Positions 63,649 through 64,000 of a DNA stretch of 64,000 nucleotides are shown one piece after another. The stretch is taken from contig CAYVHV010000017.1 in NCBI GenBank assembly GCA_964451305.1, positions 2,977 to 66,976 of the forward strand, written 5' to 3'. Under the pieces are notes generated by a model, which was not told where the DNA came from, did not search any database, and saw only the letters and a program-made list of their open reading frames with translations. Position 1 is the first letter of the stretch. Each line of letters starts with the position of its first letter. Origin of the DNA: an uncultured Acidimicrobiales bacterium (GTDB lineage Bacteria > Actinomycetota > Acidimicrobiia > Acidimicrobiales > SHLQ01). The position numbers and the translations under genes were made by a program.

Positions 63649-63798
63649 GGTACAGATCTCACCACGAGGGTGGTCTTAAGTTCTGCTGAAGCCACGGAAA
63701 GAGCACCTGGTGAAAGAAATAGGATTTCCGCGACAGCTCAGGCTCGTCCCGATCGATTGAGTAGGTGAGTAGGCGGGATCGTTGGCCAACCCAGCGAT

Positions 63799-63831
63799 GT
63801 TTCGGTCAGAGCAGCCGGCTCTGACCGAAAC
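63799..63831. other. Perfect 14-bp stem / 5-nt loop hairpin within a hairpin-rich non-coding region
   Basis: GTTTCGGTCAGAGC-AGCCG-GCTCTGACCGAAAC. Further stems: GGCCTTGG(63904-63911)/CCAAGGCC(63937-63944) enclosing GCGAC/GTCGC, and CTCAGA(63953-63958)/TCTGAG(63964-63969). Confidence 0.6.
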
Positions 63832-64000
63832 GCTGCTCAACGTCTGCGATGGAACAAATATCGCGGGGTACGCACACGCCGAGGCCATCCCAAAACGAAC
63901 AATGGCCTTGGAGCCAGCGACAGTGCGTCGCCGACCCCAAGGCCTCGTCGATCTCAGAACGAGTCTGAGATGGCTACCTACTAGAGCCCGAAGACTCCAC

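Noticed and set aside
63649-64000. tmRNA, RNase P RNA, or a TPP/cobalamin/FMN riboswitch in the terminal non-coding region; also the 70-aa ORF 63676..63888
   Set aside because: I compared it by eye with remembered consensus elements: the tmRNA 5' GGGG.. and 3' T-arm/ACCA tail, the RNase P GAGGAAAGUCCGG, the B12 box GCCACUG, the TPP CUGAGA...ACCUGA...GGGA, and the RFN GGUGAAAUUCC...GACAG. I found no convincing match on either strand. The ORF is Ser/Cys/Arg-rich. The region is kept only as an unclassified hairpin-rich region.
1-64000. Canonical defence systems, prophage, integron or transposon content, and rRNA/tRNA genes
   Set aside because: I saw no integrase, transposase, recombinase, large ATPase/helicase-nuclease pairs, reverse transcriptase, Cas, TIR/SIR2/cyclase signatures or T-loop GGTTCGA-type tRNA signatures. 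Intergenic regions are short, with a maximum of about 520 nt at 1645-2167 and about 350 nt at the right edge. This negative result rests on reading by eye and should be confirmed with tRNAscan-SE, Infernal and DefenseFinder/PADLOC.

Overview
This is a GC-rich, densely coding chromosomal segment of actinobacterial type. The lineage call is an inference from DUF222-HNH, several F420/LLM-type oxidoreductases, a septum-formation-domain protein, ACT-domain SerB, long-form SerA and a possible LAxTG-like sorting signal; it may be a marine Acidimicrobiia-like lineage.

I call about 60 protein genes on both strands:
- Housekeeping: proS, serB-serA, polX, PBP4, etfBA.
- Accessory redox and catabolic enzymes: Sec-type formate dehydrogenase, a dimethylglycine/sarcosine-dehydrogenase-like protein, a BVMO, three LLM oxidoreductases, an AKR, a PhyH dioxygenase, a haloalkane dehalogenase, an HDAC-like amidohydrolase and a BCCP-carboxyltransferase fusion.
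- Secreted and surface proteins: an FG-GAP/RTX protein, an RTX protein, a tandem-CBM protein, a CAP-domain protein and a 1062-aa DUF11-repeat protein.

I did not recognise any rRNA, tRNA, CRISPR array, integrase, transposase or canonical defence system. The only mobile-element-like gene is a DUF222/HNH ORF.

Observations most worth following up:
1. A stand-alone, catalytically eroded GyrB-ATPase-like (GHKL) protein is tightly coupled to a HAD-IG 5'-nucleotidase at the head of a four-gene operon. This is my best candidate for something undescribed, but the function is speculative.
2. fdhA carries an in-frame UGA with an fdhF-like SECIS hairpin. Its N-terminal Fe-S region looks broken up and lies next to the DUF222/HNH gene.
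3. An ApbE / PepSY-like membrane protein / DUF2271 cluster carries a flavinylation-type motif.
4. The motif GTGATATATCAG..TATCA recurs upstream of the GntR regulator, the DMGDH-like gene and etfBA.
5. Two CBM60-like modules are fused to an unassignable 270-aa domain.
6. A hairpin-rich non-coding stretch of about 350 nt lies at the right edge.

All family assignments come from motif recognition by eye. No database search was run.
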